A stretch of 60,968 nt of DNA from Pseudomonadota bacterium (GCA_043820105.1 JBDREC010000006.1:1-60968); one strand, 5' to 3'; shown: positions 28,270 to 38,918, numbered from the stretch's first letter. The notes: a model not told the origin generated them from the letters alone. A program made the numbers and translations.

Positions 28270-29334
28270 TTAAAACTTAAAATAAAAAACTATACTTAAT
28301 AATGCATCAGCTGTAATAACAGCGAAAATTGACAGAACTACTGAAGACGTAGTTACTTTTCCAACCCCATCAGCGCCACCTTTTGCACTGAAACCGCAAA
28401 AAACACCTATTAAAGTGATAAGCCAGCTAAAAATAAGGCTTTTAACAATACAAATCCTCCACATCCTAACACTCATGACAGAAAGCGCTCTTTCAAAAAA
28501 GATCTGTTGGTTAAGATCCAGGTAAAAAACAGCAATTAAAAAACCGCCAAAAATACCAATGAGGTTTGCTAAAATGGTTAATAAGGGAAGACTCAGAGTC
28601 ATGGCAATCAATTTAGGTGCAACAACATATTTCAAAGGATTAAGAGCCATTACTTTTAAGGCATCCAGCTCCTCTGTTATTTTCATGGTAGCGATTTCAG
28701 CAGCGATTGCTGAACCGCTTCTGCCGGCTACAATTATTGCAGTAATTATTGGGCCCATCTCACTGATCATAGAAACGACTATCAGGTCAACCAGGTAAAT
28801 ATTGGCTCCAAACTGCTTCAGCTGAGCAGCGGATTGCAAAGATAAAATAAACCCAATTAACAAAGATATTAAAGCAACAATACCAATTGCATTATTGCCC
28901 ATTAACAAGATCTGCTCATAAACAGAACCTGGTCTTCTGCCTTTTTTCGTAAACAAAGCCCGTAAAGCATAATAAAAGGAATCTGCTGCTAAAACTACAA
29001 AGGAACTTAGTGAAGCAAATGAATAATTAACTTTCAACACAAAATTTTCAAAGGAGGAATATTTCTGCTTTTCCTTTTCATCATATGAAACACTTTTTTC
29101 AAAGTCTATAAACCTACTTTTTATTTTTTCCGGATAAATGATATTAAGATTATATTTTTCCTGCGCATTTTTTAAAAAGGAGATTGTAATAGAATTGATT
29201 TTTTCAAGTCCGCTCAAGTCTAGGCTTGCATCATTCAGCTTTGATAGTTTTTTTATATCATTTAATAAGGCTTTTGTTTTTATAGCTTGAATATTATCTG
29301 TAAAAATTATTTTGTTTTCAACAAGTGAATACAT
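28270..29334 (-). CDS. mlaE: MlaE-type permease with N-terminal STAS-like domain
   Basis: EMGPIITAIIVAGRSGSAIAAEIATMK...EELDAL and GVGKVTTSSVV signatures. Confidence 0.9.
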   Translation of the reverse strand: MYSLVENKIIFTDNIQAIKTKALLNDIKKLSKLNDASLDLSGLEKINSITISFLKNAQEKYNLNIIYPEKIKSRFIDFEKSVSYDEKEKQKYSSFENFVLKVNYSFASLSSFVVLAADSFYYALRALFTKKGRRPGSVYEQILLMGNNAIGIVALISLLIGFILSLQSAAQLKQFGANIYLVDLIVVSMISEMGPIITAIIVAGRSGSAIAAEIATMKITEELDALKVMALNPLKYVVAPKLIAMTLSLPLLTILANLIGIFGGFLIAVFYLDLNQQIFFERALSVMSVRMWRICIVKSLIFSWLITLIGVFCGFSAKGGADGVGKVTTSSVVLSIFAVITADALLSIVFYFKF

Positions 29335-29342
29335 AAAATATT

Positions 29343-29945
29343 TTAAATCTTTTTCATGAAATTATTAATAAACAAATCAAACTCGGCTTTGAGATCAGAA
29401 GCCATGTATTCAACAAAATGATCCATATTAAATTCATTAAAGGCTTTTGTTATTTTGATATTATCTCTAATAAAAAGTTCTTTCTTTTTGTTATAAACTG
29501 AAAGCTCAATATCTATATATGGATAATGTTTTTCGTTAACCTTGCGTATCTCCATATTATTTATTTTACCTCTGATAAAATAATTCGGTTTTTCACTTCT
29601 TAAGTCACTGACATAGGCATAGATCCCCTTTTTGGAATTTAAATGTTTGATAAAAAGATCTGTAATCATTACATCAAGCTTTATTGCCCATTTATTATCA
29701 TCATCAAACTGGATTTCATCGGGAAATTTGAAAACTATAAGATTATTAGTATCAAATATTTTTCTTATCTCAAATTCTCTAACCTCAATGTTATATTGTT
29801 TATCAGAAGCCACACTTCTCTGGCTAATAATTTCCAGATCATCCGTGTCATAAGAAATAACATAGTGTTTATCCCTTAATTTTATTGCACATCCAACAAT
29901 CAGTATAGCAGTTAATATTAGTAAAAAAACATAATATCTTTTCAT
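29343..29945 (-). CDS. PqiC-like ABC auxiliary lipoprotein
   Basis: IVGC lipobox; conserved WA; position in the MCE operon. Confidence 0.7.
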   Translation of the reverse strand: MKRYYVFLLILTAILIVGCAIKLRDKHYVISYDTDDLEIISQRSVASDKQYNIEVREFEIRKIFDTNNLIVFKFPDEIQFDDDNKWAIKLDVMITDLFIKHLNSKKGIYAYVSDLRSEKPNYFIRGKINNMEIRKVNEKHYPYIDIELSVYNKKKELFIRDNIKITKAFNEFNMDHFVEYMASDLKAEFDLFINNFMKKI

Positions 29946-30970
29946 TTTTTGCCTTTCAAAATAATATCTGGATTTTCTTTAATAAGTTGAGAGAAATCAT
30001 TTAAATTTTCAAGAGTATCCTTAAATATCTTTATGGACTCAATTACATCCTGATTAATTCTGACAAAGGTTTCATCAAAATGGGTAACTGCAGATTTCGT
30101 TTCATTAATCAGCGAATTAGAATTATCAGTAAGAACCTTAAAATCAATTGTATTAAATTTTGCAATTATTTGTTCAAAGTTGGCGATGGCATCTTTAATT
30201 TTTTTATCAGAAACAAGCTCATTTGAATTAACAATTAACTTATCAAGACTTTCAGCAGATTTCTTTAAGGATAAGACAAGGTCTTCCATTTTATCAACAC
30301 TTTGAGTAATTTTTCTTTTATTGCCCTCAATCAGTGCATTAACTGAATCTGAAGACTTTTTAATACTCTCTACGCTTTCTGAAACATTGTTAAGAAGAAG
30401 TGAAAATTTTTCTTTATTGCTATCAGAAGTAATATCAGCCACATTTTTCAAAATCCTTTCAACGCTGGATCTATTTTCTTCTTTGGTCAGGTTAATTATG
30501 TTGTTGACCATAATCTCCAGCTTTTCACTGATAATCTCTGCTTTGCCTGTTATACTTTCAAAAGCATCCTCTGTTGCGAAAATAGTGGAGCCGGGTTTCA
30601 AGGTCTTGCCATCTGAAGCACCTCCAGTAAGTTCCACAACTTTCAGCCCAGTTATACCAAGCATTTTCAAGTTTGCCACAACATTTTCTTTAACTGGAAA
30701 ATCGCTTGAAATAGTGACTGTCAATACAATTTGAGACATATCTTTTGAATCAAGCCCTATCTTGATAATTTTCCCAACTTTAATACCATAATACCTAACT
30801 TCCTGTCCCACGCTAAGCCCAGTGACAGATTGCTTATCAAGTTTAATATAATAGATATCCTCTTTGGTCATTAATTTATTGCCTATCAAAAGAAACAAAA
30901 CATATAAAAGTAAAAATAAAATAATGCTGATAAATATTACAACCCTGATTTTTTGTACTCTTGTTATCAT
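29942..30970 (-). CDS. mlaD: MCE/MlaD family protein with long helical tail
   Basis: N-terminal TM, SVTGLSVGQEVRYYGIKVG, GITG, C-terminal NPDIIL. Confidence 0.9.
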   Translation of the reverse strand: MITRVQKIRVVIFISIILFLLLYVLFLLIGNKLMTKEDIYYIKLDKQSVTGLSVGQEVRYYGIKVGKIIKIGLDSKDMSQIVLTVTISSDFPVKENVVANLKMLGITGLKVVELTGGASDGKTLKPGSTIFATEDAFESITGKAEIISEKLEIMVNNIINLTKEENRSSVERILKNVADITSDSNKEKFSLLLNNVSESVESIKKSSDSVNALIEGNKRKITQSVDKMEDLVLSLKKSAESLDKLIVNSNELVSDKKIKDAIANFEQIIAKFNTIDFKVLTDNSNSLINETKSAVTHFDETFVRINQDVIESIKIFKDTLENLNDFSQLIKENPDIILKGKK

Positions 30971-31080
30971 ACTTCCTTAACTATTATTAATTACAATGAA
31001 TTTTCTTTATAACTATTTAATATTGCTGTCGAGCATAAAATAATAATAAACATCCCAAAATAGGCCAGCTAACCCTTCTC

Positions 31081-31137
31081 TTATCCCCTTGTTCCCTTGA
31101 GCTCTTGTTCCCTTGCGCTCTTGCGCTCTTCCCCCCT
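31081..31137. repeat. octamer tandem array (TTGTTCCC-like)
   Basis: ttatcccc ttgttccc ttgagctc ttgttccc ttgcgctc ttgcgctc; same family at 9741, 11539 and (reverse) 25013. Confidence 0.75.
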
Positions 31138-32518
31138 ACTTATGCACATTTCTGATAAATTCCTCAATCTCTGGAATGCCCCCCTGGTAAACCAGATATC
31201 CGTTATAGGTTTCCCTTTCAGTTATTTCAGAAGATATTGGAGTAAGCATAAGCTCTTTTACTTTTGCCAGATCGCTGGTTTGGCCAAGAGCCCAGCCCAA
31301 TTTCACATATGCAACTTCAGGAAGCATGTTTTCAGATGGAATAACACCCATGCTGACCAGATCTCTTCCTGTTTCATAAACAAACATGTGCACATAGCCC
31401 CAAAGAGTCTGCACAGTCATGTAAATTGCAATTCCTGCTTCAGAGGCTTTTTTAATTGCTGGATATAATGGTTTATTAACGTGACCAAGGCCAGTTCCAG
31501 CTATGACAATTCCCTTATAACCATTATCAATAAGAGAATAAATCATATCAGGTTTCATGTCTGGATAATAATATATTAAAGCCACACGATCATCATAATT
31601 TGGGAGGATCTTTACTTTTCTATCTTTTCTTCTCTTATTATAATTATCAGTAAATAAGGTAATTTCTTTTCTATTGATAGATGCAATTGGAATATCGCCT
31701 AAGGTTCTAAAAGTTGATCTATAAGAAGAATGCATCTTCCTAACTCTGGTCCCTTTATGTAAAAGGCCATATTCATCTGAAGTTGGACCAAACATACAAA
31801 CCATTAATTCAGCTATATCAGATTCAGCTGCTGCTTTAGTAGCATGCATCAAGTTAAGTGCAGCATCAGATGATGGTCTGTCTGAAGAACGTTGAGAACC
31901 AACCATAACAATAGGAACCGGAGAATCCTGAATCATAAATGATAAGGCTCCTGCAGTGTGGTGCATGGTATCTGTTCCATGACCAATTACAATACCATCC
32001 ACACCATTTTCAATTTCTTTGCCAATGGCGATTGCAAGTTTCTTGTATTGTTCCCAGCCCATGTTTTCTGAAAAAACAGCAAATATTTTTTCTGTTTCCA
32101 AATTACAAATATCAGCTAGCTCTGGCACAGCTCCATATAACTCACCAGGAGAAAAAGCTGGAATTACAGCACCAGTTCTATAGTCTAGGCGTGAGGCAAT
32201 TGTACCACCGGTTCCAAAAAGCTTTATATTGGGCATTCCTTCTGTATAAGGAAATTCTTTTTCCGGAATTTTATAGTTGGCTTCTTTATAACCAATTTCT
32301 TTCATATCAATTATAGTATCAGTTGCTATTCCCACATTATAACCAGTAATAAGCTTTAAAACAATGTGCAGGTCATCATCATTTTCTGACCTTGGTAAAA
32401 TTATTCCATTAAAATCGCCACGAGTTGTTTTTACTTCAGTGTCTGACCAAACACGTACTTTAAATTTTTTAAGGGTTTCTAAAGCATTTCCTTTATATCC
32501 TTTAAATAGATCTAACAT
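31136..32518 (-). CDS. gatD: Glu-tRNA(Gln) amidotransferase subunit D (archaeal type)
   Basis: N-terminal domain (LKLITGYNVG), GTGGTIASRLDYRTGAV, HGTDT, QRSSDRPSSD, RKMHSSYRSTF; start at ATG 32518, overlapping the gatE stop. Confidence 0.93.
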   Translation of the reverse strand: MLDLFKGYKGNALETLKKFKVRVWSDTEVKTTRGDFNGIILPRSENDDDLHIVLKLITGYNVGIATDTIIDMKEIGYKEANYKIPEKEFPYTEGMPNIKLFGTGGTIASRLDYRTGAVIPAFSPGELYGAVPELADICNLETEKIFAVFSENMGWEQYKKLAIAIGKEIENGVDGIVIGHGTDTMHHTAGALSFMIQDSPVPIVMVGSQRSSDRPSSDAALNLMHATKAAAESDIAELMVCMFGPTSDEYGLLHKGTRVRKMHSSYRSTFRTLGDIPIASINRKEITLFTDNYNKRRKDRKVKILPNYDDRVALIYYYPDMKPDMIYSLIDNGYKGIVIAGTGLGHVNKPLYPAIKKASEAGIAIYMTVQTLWGYVHMFVYETGRDLVSMGVIPSENMLPEVAYVKLGWALGQTSDLAKVKELMLTPISSEITERETYNGYLVYQGGIPEIEEFIRNVHK

Positions 32519-34434
32519 AATTTGGCCTCTACTTCCTTGCGAAGCTCGCTTAAATTCATATTCCCAATGGCCATTTTTCTTAATTTTCCCATAACCCAAT
32601 GAGCAGGAGCAAATTTATCATTTGAAGTATTTATTTTTTCAAACATTTCAATCAAGCTAGGAATATGTGATAGAATCTCTTCCTTAGCATGCTCTTTATA
32701 GCCAACAGTTATAAGAATGGACTCAAAATCCATTCTAGGATTTTCAAATAAAACAGGCAGCATTTCTTCAATAATTTCTTTATTTAGCTTTAATCTGCGG
32801 GTAAACCTAATTAGTTTTGATACTTTTTTATATATTTCTATTTGTGAATGATTATATTTACTTTCTAGTCTTTTTACAACTTGTGAAAATATTGTCACTA
32901 AAAACTTTGCTTCCAAGGAAAGATCTTTTGCCAAGGTTTCAATTGTTGGAATAAGATTATTTCTTAAAATATAATGTCTTAAATTTTCAGGAATTTTCCA
33001 ATCATCAAGTTGGGCAAGTCTTTCCGATAGATCAAGAGGAAGTTTGGCTCTGGCTGTCTCAATAAGTTCCTCAGGTATTGGGATTGGAGGTGAATCTGTG
33101 TCTGGGTACATTCTATCAGCACCTGGCAAAACACGCTCAAAGATGGTTGTCCCATCAGGCATTGCCTTTCTTGTTTCATTGGGCACACCTGCAAAAGCCA
33201 TTTGGCAACGTTCTTCAATTGTCTCAAGAGCTGTCTTTACATCAGCTTCTTCAGCCCAAAAAATAATCCTGGCCTCATTTCCATCACATGCATCAATAAA
33301 GCTCATATTGGGTTTTTCAATACATGCAACAACCTTTAAACGATCTGATATTTCAGCAGCAAAATTTCTGCCTGGTTGAGTAAAAAACGATAGTATTGAC
33401 TTGAAAGAAGGCAAAGTAACTTTATAAATCTTTTTTCCATCATTAAAGGAATCAAGAATTAGAGGATCAGAAAGGCCCTCTTCCTTTGGATCAAGTTCTC
33501 TATATCGTATTTTCCATTTTGTAGGATTTTTAACTTCTTTTAATAGTTTTGCTTTTATTACTAAAAGAGCTTTTTGTCTGAAAGCTTCATTGTGTGTTAA
33601 ATCTGGAATAGCTTTAATACTTGCTACACCTTTGATTTCAACGCGCGTTCCACCATTTATGCTTACATTAACATCCTGGCGGCCAGCTCCTGCTCCAATT
33701 CTTACCTTGCCTGTTGATCTTGCTAGATAACTTAAATATTGGCAAACCTCAGCCACTTCGACTGGGGTTAACATTTCAGGATATGTAACAGTTTCAATTA
33801 ATGGCATTCCAAGCCTGTCTGTTCTATAAACCCTCTTGTGTCCAATATCGCTAACTTCTCTGCAGGAGTCTTCTTCAATACTTAATTGAATTATATTAAT
33901 TTGTTTTTCTTTGTAGGGAATTGATCCTTCAATTCCTAAAATACCTGTTCTTTGAAAACCTGTTGGAATTGAACCATCTAAATATTGTTTGCGCGTAATA
34001 TGGAATTCTCCAACAATATTAAGTTTTAATAAAAGTGCAATTTCCATAGCATTTTCAAGCGCCTCTTGATTCAGATGAAATGGAGGTGTATCATCAATGT
34101 CATAAGTACATGCTGACTGATTTTTTAATCTGTAAATAATTTCTTTGCGAGTTTTGAATTCCATTAAAGCAGTGCCGTCATATTCACCCAATTCACTAAG
34201 TGTAGGTCTCATATGACGAATAATCTCTGCATCATAATCTTCTTTGTTTTGGTAAAGACCAGCTGGACATCTGCAAAAAAGTTTTTTGTTTGTTTTTAAT
34301 TGTTGGTGAATTTCTAAGCCTGACTTAAAACCTAGATCTTCATAGATTTTTTTATCTGCTGCTAACCTTTGTATATATCCAAGTTCTTTCATAGAATTGT
34401 GATAATTCTGATTAGGGTCTATTGCTTTTGTCAT
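32512..34434 (-). CDS. gatE: Glu-tRNA(Gln) amidotransferase subunit E (archaeal type)
   Basis: GLEIHQQL...KLFCRC, RPTLSELGEYD, DGSIPTGFQRT, DRLGMPLIE, RQDVNVSI, GVPNETR, PGADRMYPDTD. Confidence 0.93.
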   Translation of the reverse strand: MTKAIDPNQNYHNSMKELGYIQRLAADKKIYEDLGFKSGLEIHQQLKTNKKLFCRCPAGLYQNKEDYDAEIIRHMRPTLSELGEYDGTALMEFKTRKEIIYRLKNQSACTYDIDDTPPFHLNQEALENAMEIALLLKLNIVGEFHITRKQYLDGSIPTGFQRTGILGIEGSIPYKEKQINIIQLSIEEDSCREVSDIGHKRVYRTDRLGMPLIETVTYPEMLTPVEVAEVCQYLSYLARSTGKVRIGAGAGRQDVNVSINGGTRVEIKGVASIKAIPDLTHNEAFRQKALLVIKAKLLKEVKNPTKWKIRYRELDPKEEGLSDPLILDSFNDGKKIYKVTLPSFKSILSFFTQPGRNFAAEISDRLKVVACIEKPNMSFIDACDGNEARIIFWAEEADVKTALETIEERCQMAFAGVPNETRKAMPDGTTIFERVLPGADRMYPDTDSPPIPIPEELIETARAKLPLDLSERLAQLDDWKIPENLRHYILRNNLIPTIETLAKDLSLEAKFLVTIFSQVVKRLESKYNHSQIEIYKKVSKLIRFTRRLKLNKEIIEEMLPVLFENPRMDFESILITVGYKEHAKEEILSHIPSLIEMFEKINTSNDKFAPAHWVMGKLRKMAIGNMNLSELRKEVEAKLC

Positions 34435-34523
34435 TTTTGCTATCCGATTAAATAATATATGTTGCGCCCTAGTAGCTTGAAAAAACTAAGAATTCAAGAA
34501 AGAAATTACAGCTTATTAAATAG

Positions 34524-35786
34524 CTATTTATGATACATTTCCTCATCCCTGCTGACAAGCTTTCTAAATCTTTTTACAATTACAAATGTTATAACAATCC
34601 AAAATAAAATAAACAATGCTGTCATCCATGAAACAAACTGAGTTAGTCCAAGCAGAATTAAAATCTTAACAAGAATTGCTGCTCCAACTTTTCCAACTCT
34701 ATACATAATAATATCAACAATTGACTTACCTTGAGTTCTTTCTTCATAACTTAAAGGAATATATAGACACTCTCTTGCTGACCTGAAGATTGTGTAATCA
34801 AAGACTTTGCTGGCTATCTTGATTATGGCAACTGTGAAAAACCCCGGAAGCACAATAAAAAAGGCCAGACTTGACATCAGAAAGAAGGGTACAGCAAATA
34901 AGATAAAAGGTATGCCCGTTAACCTTAAGATAATTCCAGTAAAAGCATGAAAAACAAAGGTTAAAGTATTAACAATTCCATAAACTTTTCCCATTAAGCC
35001 AGTTCTAATGTCAGTTACTGGATATAAAGCTTCAACAATAGTATTAAAATCATAATCAATCAAGGTCACAACCAGTTGAACAGTAGTAATTAATAAAAGA
35101 ACAAAAATCAGATAATAAGATTTTTTAACAATGCTGAGGGCTTCAAAAATATTAGCCTTTTTTTTCTTAAAGTCTTCAGGGATTTTAGCATCTGCTTTTT
35201 TAGCAAGTGGAATTGCCAAGACTCCCATTAAAAAAAGTGATAAAATGCCAATCCACAAAGTGGCGCTTGTTCCCAATAACTTAGCAACAGGCCCTATGGA
35301 AAAGTTAGCTATAACAGCCCCAAGAGCGCCTGATGCCCCAAAAAAACCATAAAGCCACCTGGCTTTTTTAATCTGGAAAACAGAATTCGCGAAGGTGTAA
35401 AATATTTCAACAAGAAAAATAATGTAAATGTCTTTCCAAATATATAAAATATAGTAGATCCCAGGAAAATCATACTTTTCCAAAATAATCATAATAGCAA
35501 ATAAAACACCAGACAATGCTGAAATTATACCATAGACTTGAATCAGTCTCACCTTAGGCAAAAAGACATTATAAACAGCCACACAAATTATCATTGTAAT
35601 GGACATCATAATCCAAACATTTGGAAGTGCCTTGCTTGTATGAGCTTTTAAAAATAAGGATTCAATACCTGGTCTGAAAATGCCATAGGAAAATAGAATT
35701 AAGAAGCAAAAAATTAAAAGATAAATAATTCTAAATCTGGAAATAGAATCAAGTTCATAAAAAAAACCTTTAATCTGTTTTAGCAC
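34524..35786 (-). CDS. Npt1/Npt2 (TLC, ATP:ADP antiporter-like) MFS nucleotide transporter
   Basis: About 12 TM segments; ARWLYG, KVFDYTIFRSARECLYIPL and GKSIVD...RVGK motifs. Confidence 0.75.
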   Translation of the reverse strand: MLKQIKGFFYELDSISRFRIIYLLIFCFLILFSYGIFRPGIESLFLKAHTSKALPNVWIMMSITMIICVAVYNVFLPKVRLIQVYGIISALSGVLFAIMIILEKYDFPGIYYILYIWKDIYIIFLVEIFYTFANSVFQIKKARWLYGFFGASGALGAVIANFSIGPVAKLLGTSATLWIGILSLFLMGVLAIPLAKKADAKIPEDFKKKKANIFEALSIVKKSYYLIFVLLLITTVQLVVTLIDYDFNTIVEALYPVTDIRTGLMGKVYGIVNTLTFVFHAFTGIILRLTGIPFILFAVPFFLMSSLAFFIVLPGFFTVAIIKIASKVFDYTIFRSARECLYIPLSYEERTQGKSIVDIIMYRVGKVGAAILVKILILLGLTQFVSWMTALFILFWIVITFVIVKRFRKLVSRDEEMYHK

Positions 35787-35949
35787 TGGTGGCCTCTAGT
35801 TTATTAAATTCAGAATTACCCATATTGAAATAATTCAACATTATCAAGCTAAAATCTCAAACAAATTAAGCCTGGAACTACATCTGATTATGAATATTAT
35901 AGATAAATTTTATGTATGGCAGTAAATGGATTTTAACTCCGTCTTTTCT

Positions 35950-36840
35950 TTAAGTTTTCAGATTGTAAGTTTTTACAAGAAATTCAGGTTTATAGGACTT
36001 TTTAGCTTGCCTAAGTCCAGCCAGGTTCATGTCATAGGATCGATTAAGGTACTTATAGTCTTTATAAAGAAATTTAGCAGTTTCATTGTTTATTATTTGA
36101 TAAAGGCCATTAAAATCTGCTATTGCTTTTTCATAATGAATTATGGCCTGGTCATTTGCTAAGGTTTCAAAGGCACTTAGGGCCTGAATTTCGCCTTCTA
36201 TTCTTATAATAAGGCCTTTTAGACCTAGAATGAAAAAATGCTCGATTGAATAGACTGTTGCTATTTTTTCATTAAGTAAGCTTGGGTCTTCTTCACAACC
36301 CTTCCAGAGACACCACCTATTAATAAATTCTAAAACTTCTATATAATTATCCTTTGATATTGGTTCAACAGTATATTTATAAGTTTTATTAAATTTATTA
36401 ATCTTGGTTCTAATCTTTTTATAAGCCTCACCCTCAAGTTTTGCTAAATTTTTTGATAAATATACATATTCAGCATAATCATTATTTGTATTAAACTTAA
36501 AAGATGAGTCTAGCATTTCAAGCTTATCTTTAACTTCATGTGAAATCATACATAATGCATATTTGGCTTTAATTTCCTTTGAAAAATCAATTAGCTCGAA
36601 AACCAAATCCTTATCAAAATCACCAATTGGAAAATAAAGATAATTTAATCCTTCTAAACTTTGCACAATCAAAATCAAATGTTCTTTATATTCTAAAAAA
36701 AGCACTTTCCAATTATGACGCCAACTCATGAGGTTAATATAACTAAGCTCACTGTGAAAAATTGGATATTTTAAATAATATTTATTAAAAACATCTTTAT
36801 CACCAAGCTTAAGGTCTTTAAATTCATTAATATCTAACAA
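35950..36840 (-). CDS. DUF2156 / aminoacyl-phosphatidylglycerol synthase-like GNAT domain protein
   Basis: EYVY...LAKLEG, HYEKA, GLYQIIN, GLRQAKKSYKP. Confidence 0.85.
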   Translation of the reverse strand: MLDINEFKDLKLGDKDVFNKYYLKYPIFHSELSYINLMSWRHNWKVLFLEYKEHLILIVQSLEGLNYLYFPIGDFDKDLVFELIDFSKEIKAKYALCMISHEVKDKLEMLDSSFKFNTNNDYAEYVYLSKNLAKLEGEAYKKIRTKINKFNKTYKYTVEPISKDNYIEVLEFINRWCLWKGCEEDPSLLNEKIATVYSIEHFFILGLKGLIIRIEGEIQALSAFETLANDQAIIHYEKAIADFNGLYQIINNETAKFLYKDYKYLNRSYDMNLAGLRQAKKSYKPEFLVKTYNLKT

Positions 36841-37026
36841 TTATTTTCCTTTTATTTTCAAACAAGAGCTCGCCTTCATATAATTTTTTTTTCACATAAG
36901 CAATATTTTATTACAATTTTCACTTGATTTTTATATCTATTACAAATAGGAATTCATTCGCATTTAGCATTCTTATTTGGCAATTCCTAAACCGAAAACT
37001 AAATACTGAATACTAAATACTAAATC

Positions 37027-37108
37027 GCGAGGGTGGCGGAATTGGCAGACGCGCCAGACTTAGGATCTGGTGCCGTGAGGTGTGGGGGTTCGAGTCCCCC
37101 CTCTCGCA
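37027..37108 (+). tRNA. tRNA-Leu(TAG)
   Basis: GCGAGGG/CTCTCGC acceptor, CCAGA-ctTAGga-TCTGG, variable arm, GTTCGAGTCC. Confidence 0.96.
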
Positions 37109-37227
37109 TACCCTTAAAACTCCCTTTAAAACCCCTGTTTTACTTAGCTTTAAGCAAATCACACTAAATTCTACAAATAACAACCTAATACACTTTATTA
37201 CCTCAAAATACATGTTTTATCAATAAA

Positions 37228-37249
37228 ATTTAGAAGATATTTAGAAGAT
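37228..37249 (+). repeat. 11-bp direct repeat, candidate integrase arm-type sites
   Basis: ATTTAGAAGAT x2 between the tRNA and the integrase stop. Confidence 0.45.
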
Positions 37250-37336
37250 TCAGATAGCTGTGCGTCATATCAATTTAGATTAATATAATATTTAACCAAA
37301 TAATGACAGTTTAGTTTGTTTTTTGTGAAATATTGT

Positions 37337-38467
37337 TTAGATTTTATTTATAAGTTTTTGATTGGTCTTTTCTATCATTTCGACTTGTTTCTTGTCATCA
37401 AAATGATGTTTGTAGTTTTGAAAGGCGGTATAGGTCTGATGACCTGTAATTTCCTTTACTTGTTCCCAATTATATCCCTGATTCGCCATTCTAGAAACAG
37501 CTGAGTGTCTACTAATATCATGCCATCTATATCCTTCTAAACCTGCTTTTTTGATTGCAATTTGGAAGGCATTCTTAATGCATTTCCTTTTGTCACCATT
37601 TGCCTTGCAGAATACATACTCCGAAAGAACCTTTCCTTTCATATCCATTAATAATTTGTGAAGAAATGATCCTATACTTATCCATTGAGGTATTTTATTT
37701 TTTGTCTTACTTAAATATATTCTTCCGCTTCTTAAATCACAATCCACCCATTTTAGATTCAATAATGAACTTCTTCTACAACCTAAGAAATATGAAAAAT
37801 ATAAAAATTCAGTTTTCCCATACTCATTCTTTTGATTAAAGTATTTTAATAGTTTTATGAAGTCATCTTCTTTTAAAACAAACCCTGCCCTTTTAAATTG
37901 CGTTTCATTATACTTATCAAAGTCTCTTACAGGATTGAACCCAACATATTTATATTTAACGGCTAATGAAAATACTTTAGACATCAAGCTTCTTTCACGA
38001 TTTAAAGAACATTTACTAATAATTTTAGTCTTATCGTTTCGTGATCTATCTTTAGACCTTTGATTAAAGTACTCTTGGATCAAATGGTAATTTACGTCTT
38101 TTAAATTATAATTCCCCATAAATTTTAATAATATTTTCATTCTATAACGATTGTCACTTACAGTCTTAGGTCCGTTATTTCCTTCAGCATACGGCCAATA
38201 GAATTTATTCACAAAATCTTTTACCGTAAAATTAGAAGAGATATTAAGACCTAGCTCACTATTCAATTGAGGTCTGATAATATTTTCATTAACCCAAAGC
38301 TGTGCTAAATTTTTTTCCTTCTGTCCAGTACTTACCCATTTCGGATTCCCATCTTTCATTGGGCAATGAACATAATACCAATAATTACCTTTTTTATATA
38401 GATTGTTTCTCTTTTTATATGTCTTCTTTTTCTCTACTACTTGCGGCTTTAGCTGTATTACTTCCAT
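37337..38467 (-). CDS. tyrosine integrase
   Basis: R (GCRRSS), K (KTKN), HDISRH, GH, Y (NYKH); N-terminal arm-binding region; points toward the tRNA. Confidence 0.92.
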   Translation of the reverse strand: MEVIQLKPQVVEKKKTYKKRNNLYKKGNYWYYVHCPMKDGNPKWVSTGQKEKNLAQLWVNENIIRPQLNSELGLNISSNFTVKDFVNKFYWPYAEGNNGPKTVSDNRYRMKILLKFMGNYNLKDVNYHLIQEYFNQRSKDRSRNDKTKIISKCSLNRERSLMSKVFSLAVKYKYVGFNPVRDFDKYNETQFKRAGFVLKEDDFIKLLKYFNQKNEYGKTEFLYFSYFLGCRRSSLLNLKWVDCDLRSGRIYLSKTKNKIPQWISIGSFLHKLLMDMKGKVLSEYVFCKANGDKRKCIKNAFQIAIKKAGLEGYRWHDISRHSAVSRMANQGYNWEQVKEITGHQTYTAFQNYKHHFDDKKQVEMIEKTNQKLINKI

Positions 38468-38643
38468 GCTACTTTATACCTTGATTCTTCAAGCAATTCA
38501 TAAACATCACTTTCTTTGAATCTTAACTCACCCCTTGGCTTATAAGCAGGCAGTTTTTGGGACCAGACCCATCTTCTGACCGTCATTTCTGATACACAAA
38601 AATGCTCTGCCACTTCTTTTAATGTCATAAGTTTGTACTTCAT
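38458..38643 (-). CDS. excisionase / HTH_17 protein
   Basis: LMTLKEVAEHFCVSEMTVRRW...LPAYK...LRF; GGAGG RBS; overlaps the integrase start. Confidence 0.88.
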   Translation of the reverse strand: MKYKLMTLKEVAEHFCVSEMTVRRWVWSQKLPAYKPRGELRFKESDVYELLEESRYKVAWK

Positions 38644-38773
38644 AATAAACCTCCATTAAATTTGTTATTTCAAATATACATTTAAATAAAAGCTAAATTC
38701 ATGATTACGAATTTTGCTTGCCCCTTTCATTTCATTCCTTATTGGAACATGTGTTTTCATGTTTATTTATTAT

Positions 38774-38789
38774 TGCACATCCTGGGCCA
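38774..38789 (-). promoter_or_regulatory. possible sigma54 promoter for xis-int
   Basis: TGGCCCAGGATGTGCA (GG-N10-GC, imperfect). Confidence 0.35.
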
Positions 38790-38918
38790 AAAGCAGTTTA
38801 TATATAGACAATTAATTACAAACGCTTACAGGAGCCTGGCATACTGATTTGCTTCCCACTTTTACACGGTTGCACAATGGAGGTAAAATTTGTTACTTTA
38901 ACAAGTGATCTTTTAGAC

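Noticed and set aside
32519-32599. Longer gatD start from the ORF track
   Set aside because: It overlaps gatE by 88 nt; ATG 32518 has an RBS and couples to the gatE stop.
37013-37213. 66-aa minus-strand ORF
   Set aside because: It is an antisense translation of tRNA-Leu.
38837-38853. sigma54-like box TGGCATACTGATTTGCT
   Set aside because: Spacing is 11 and there is no plus-strand gene downstream.
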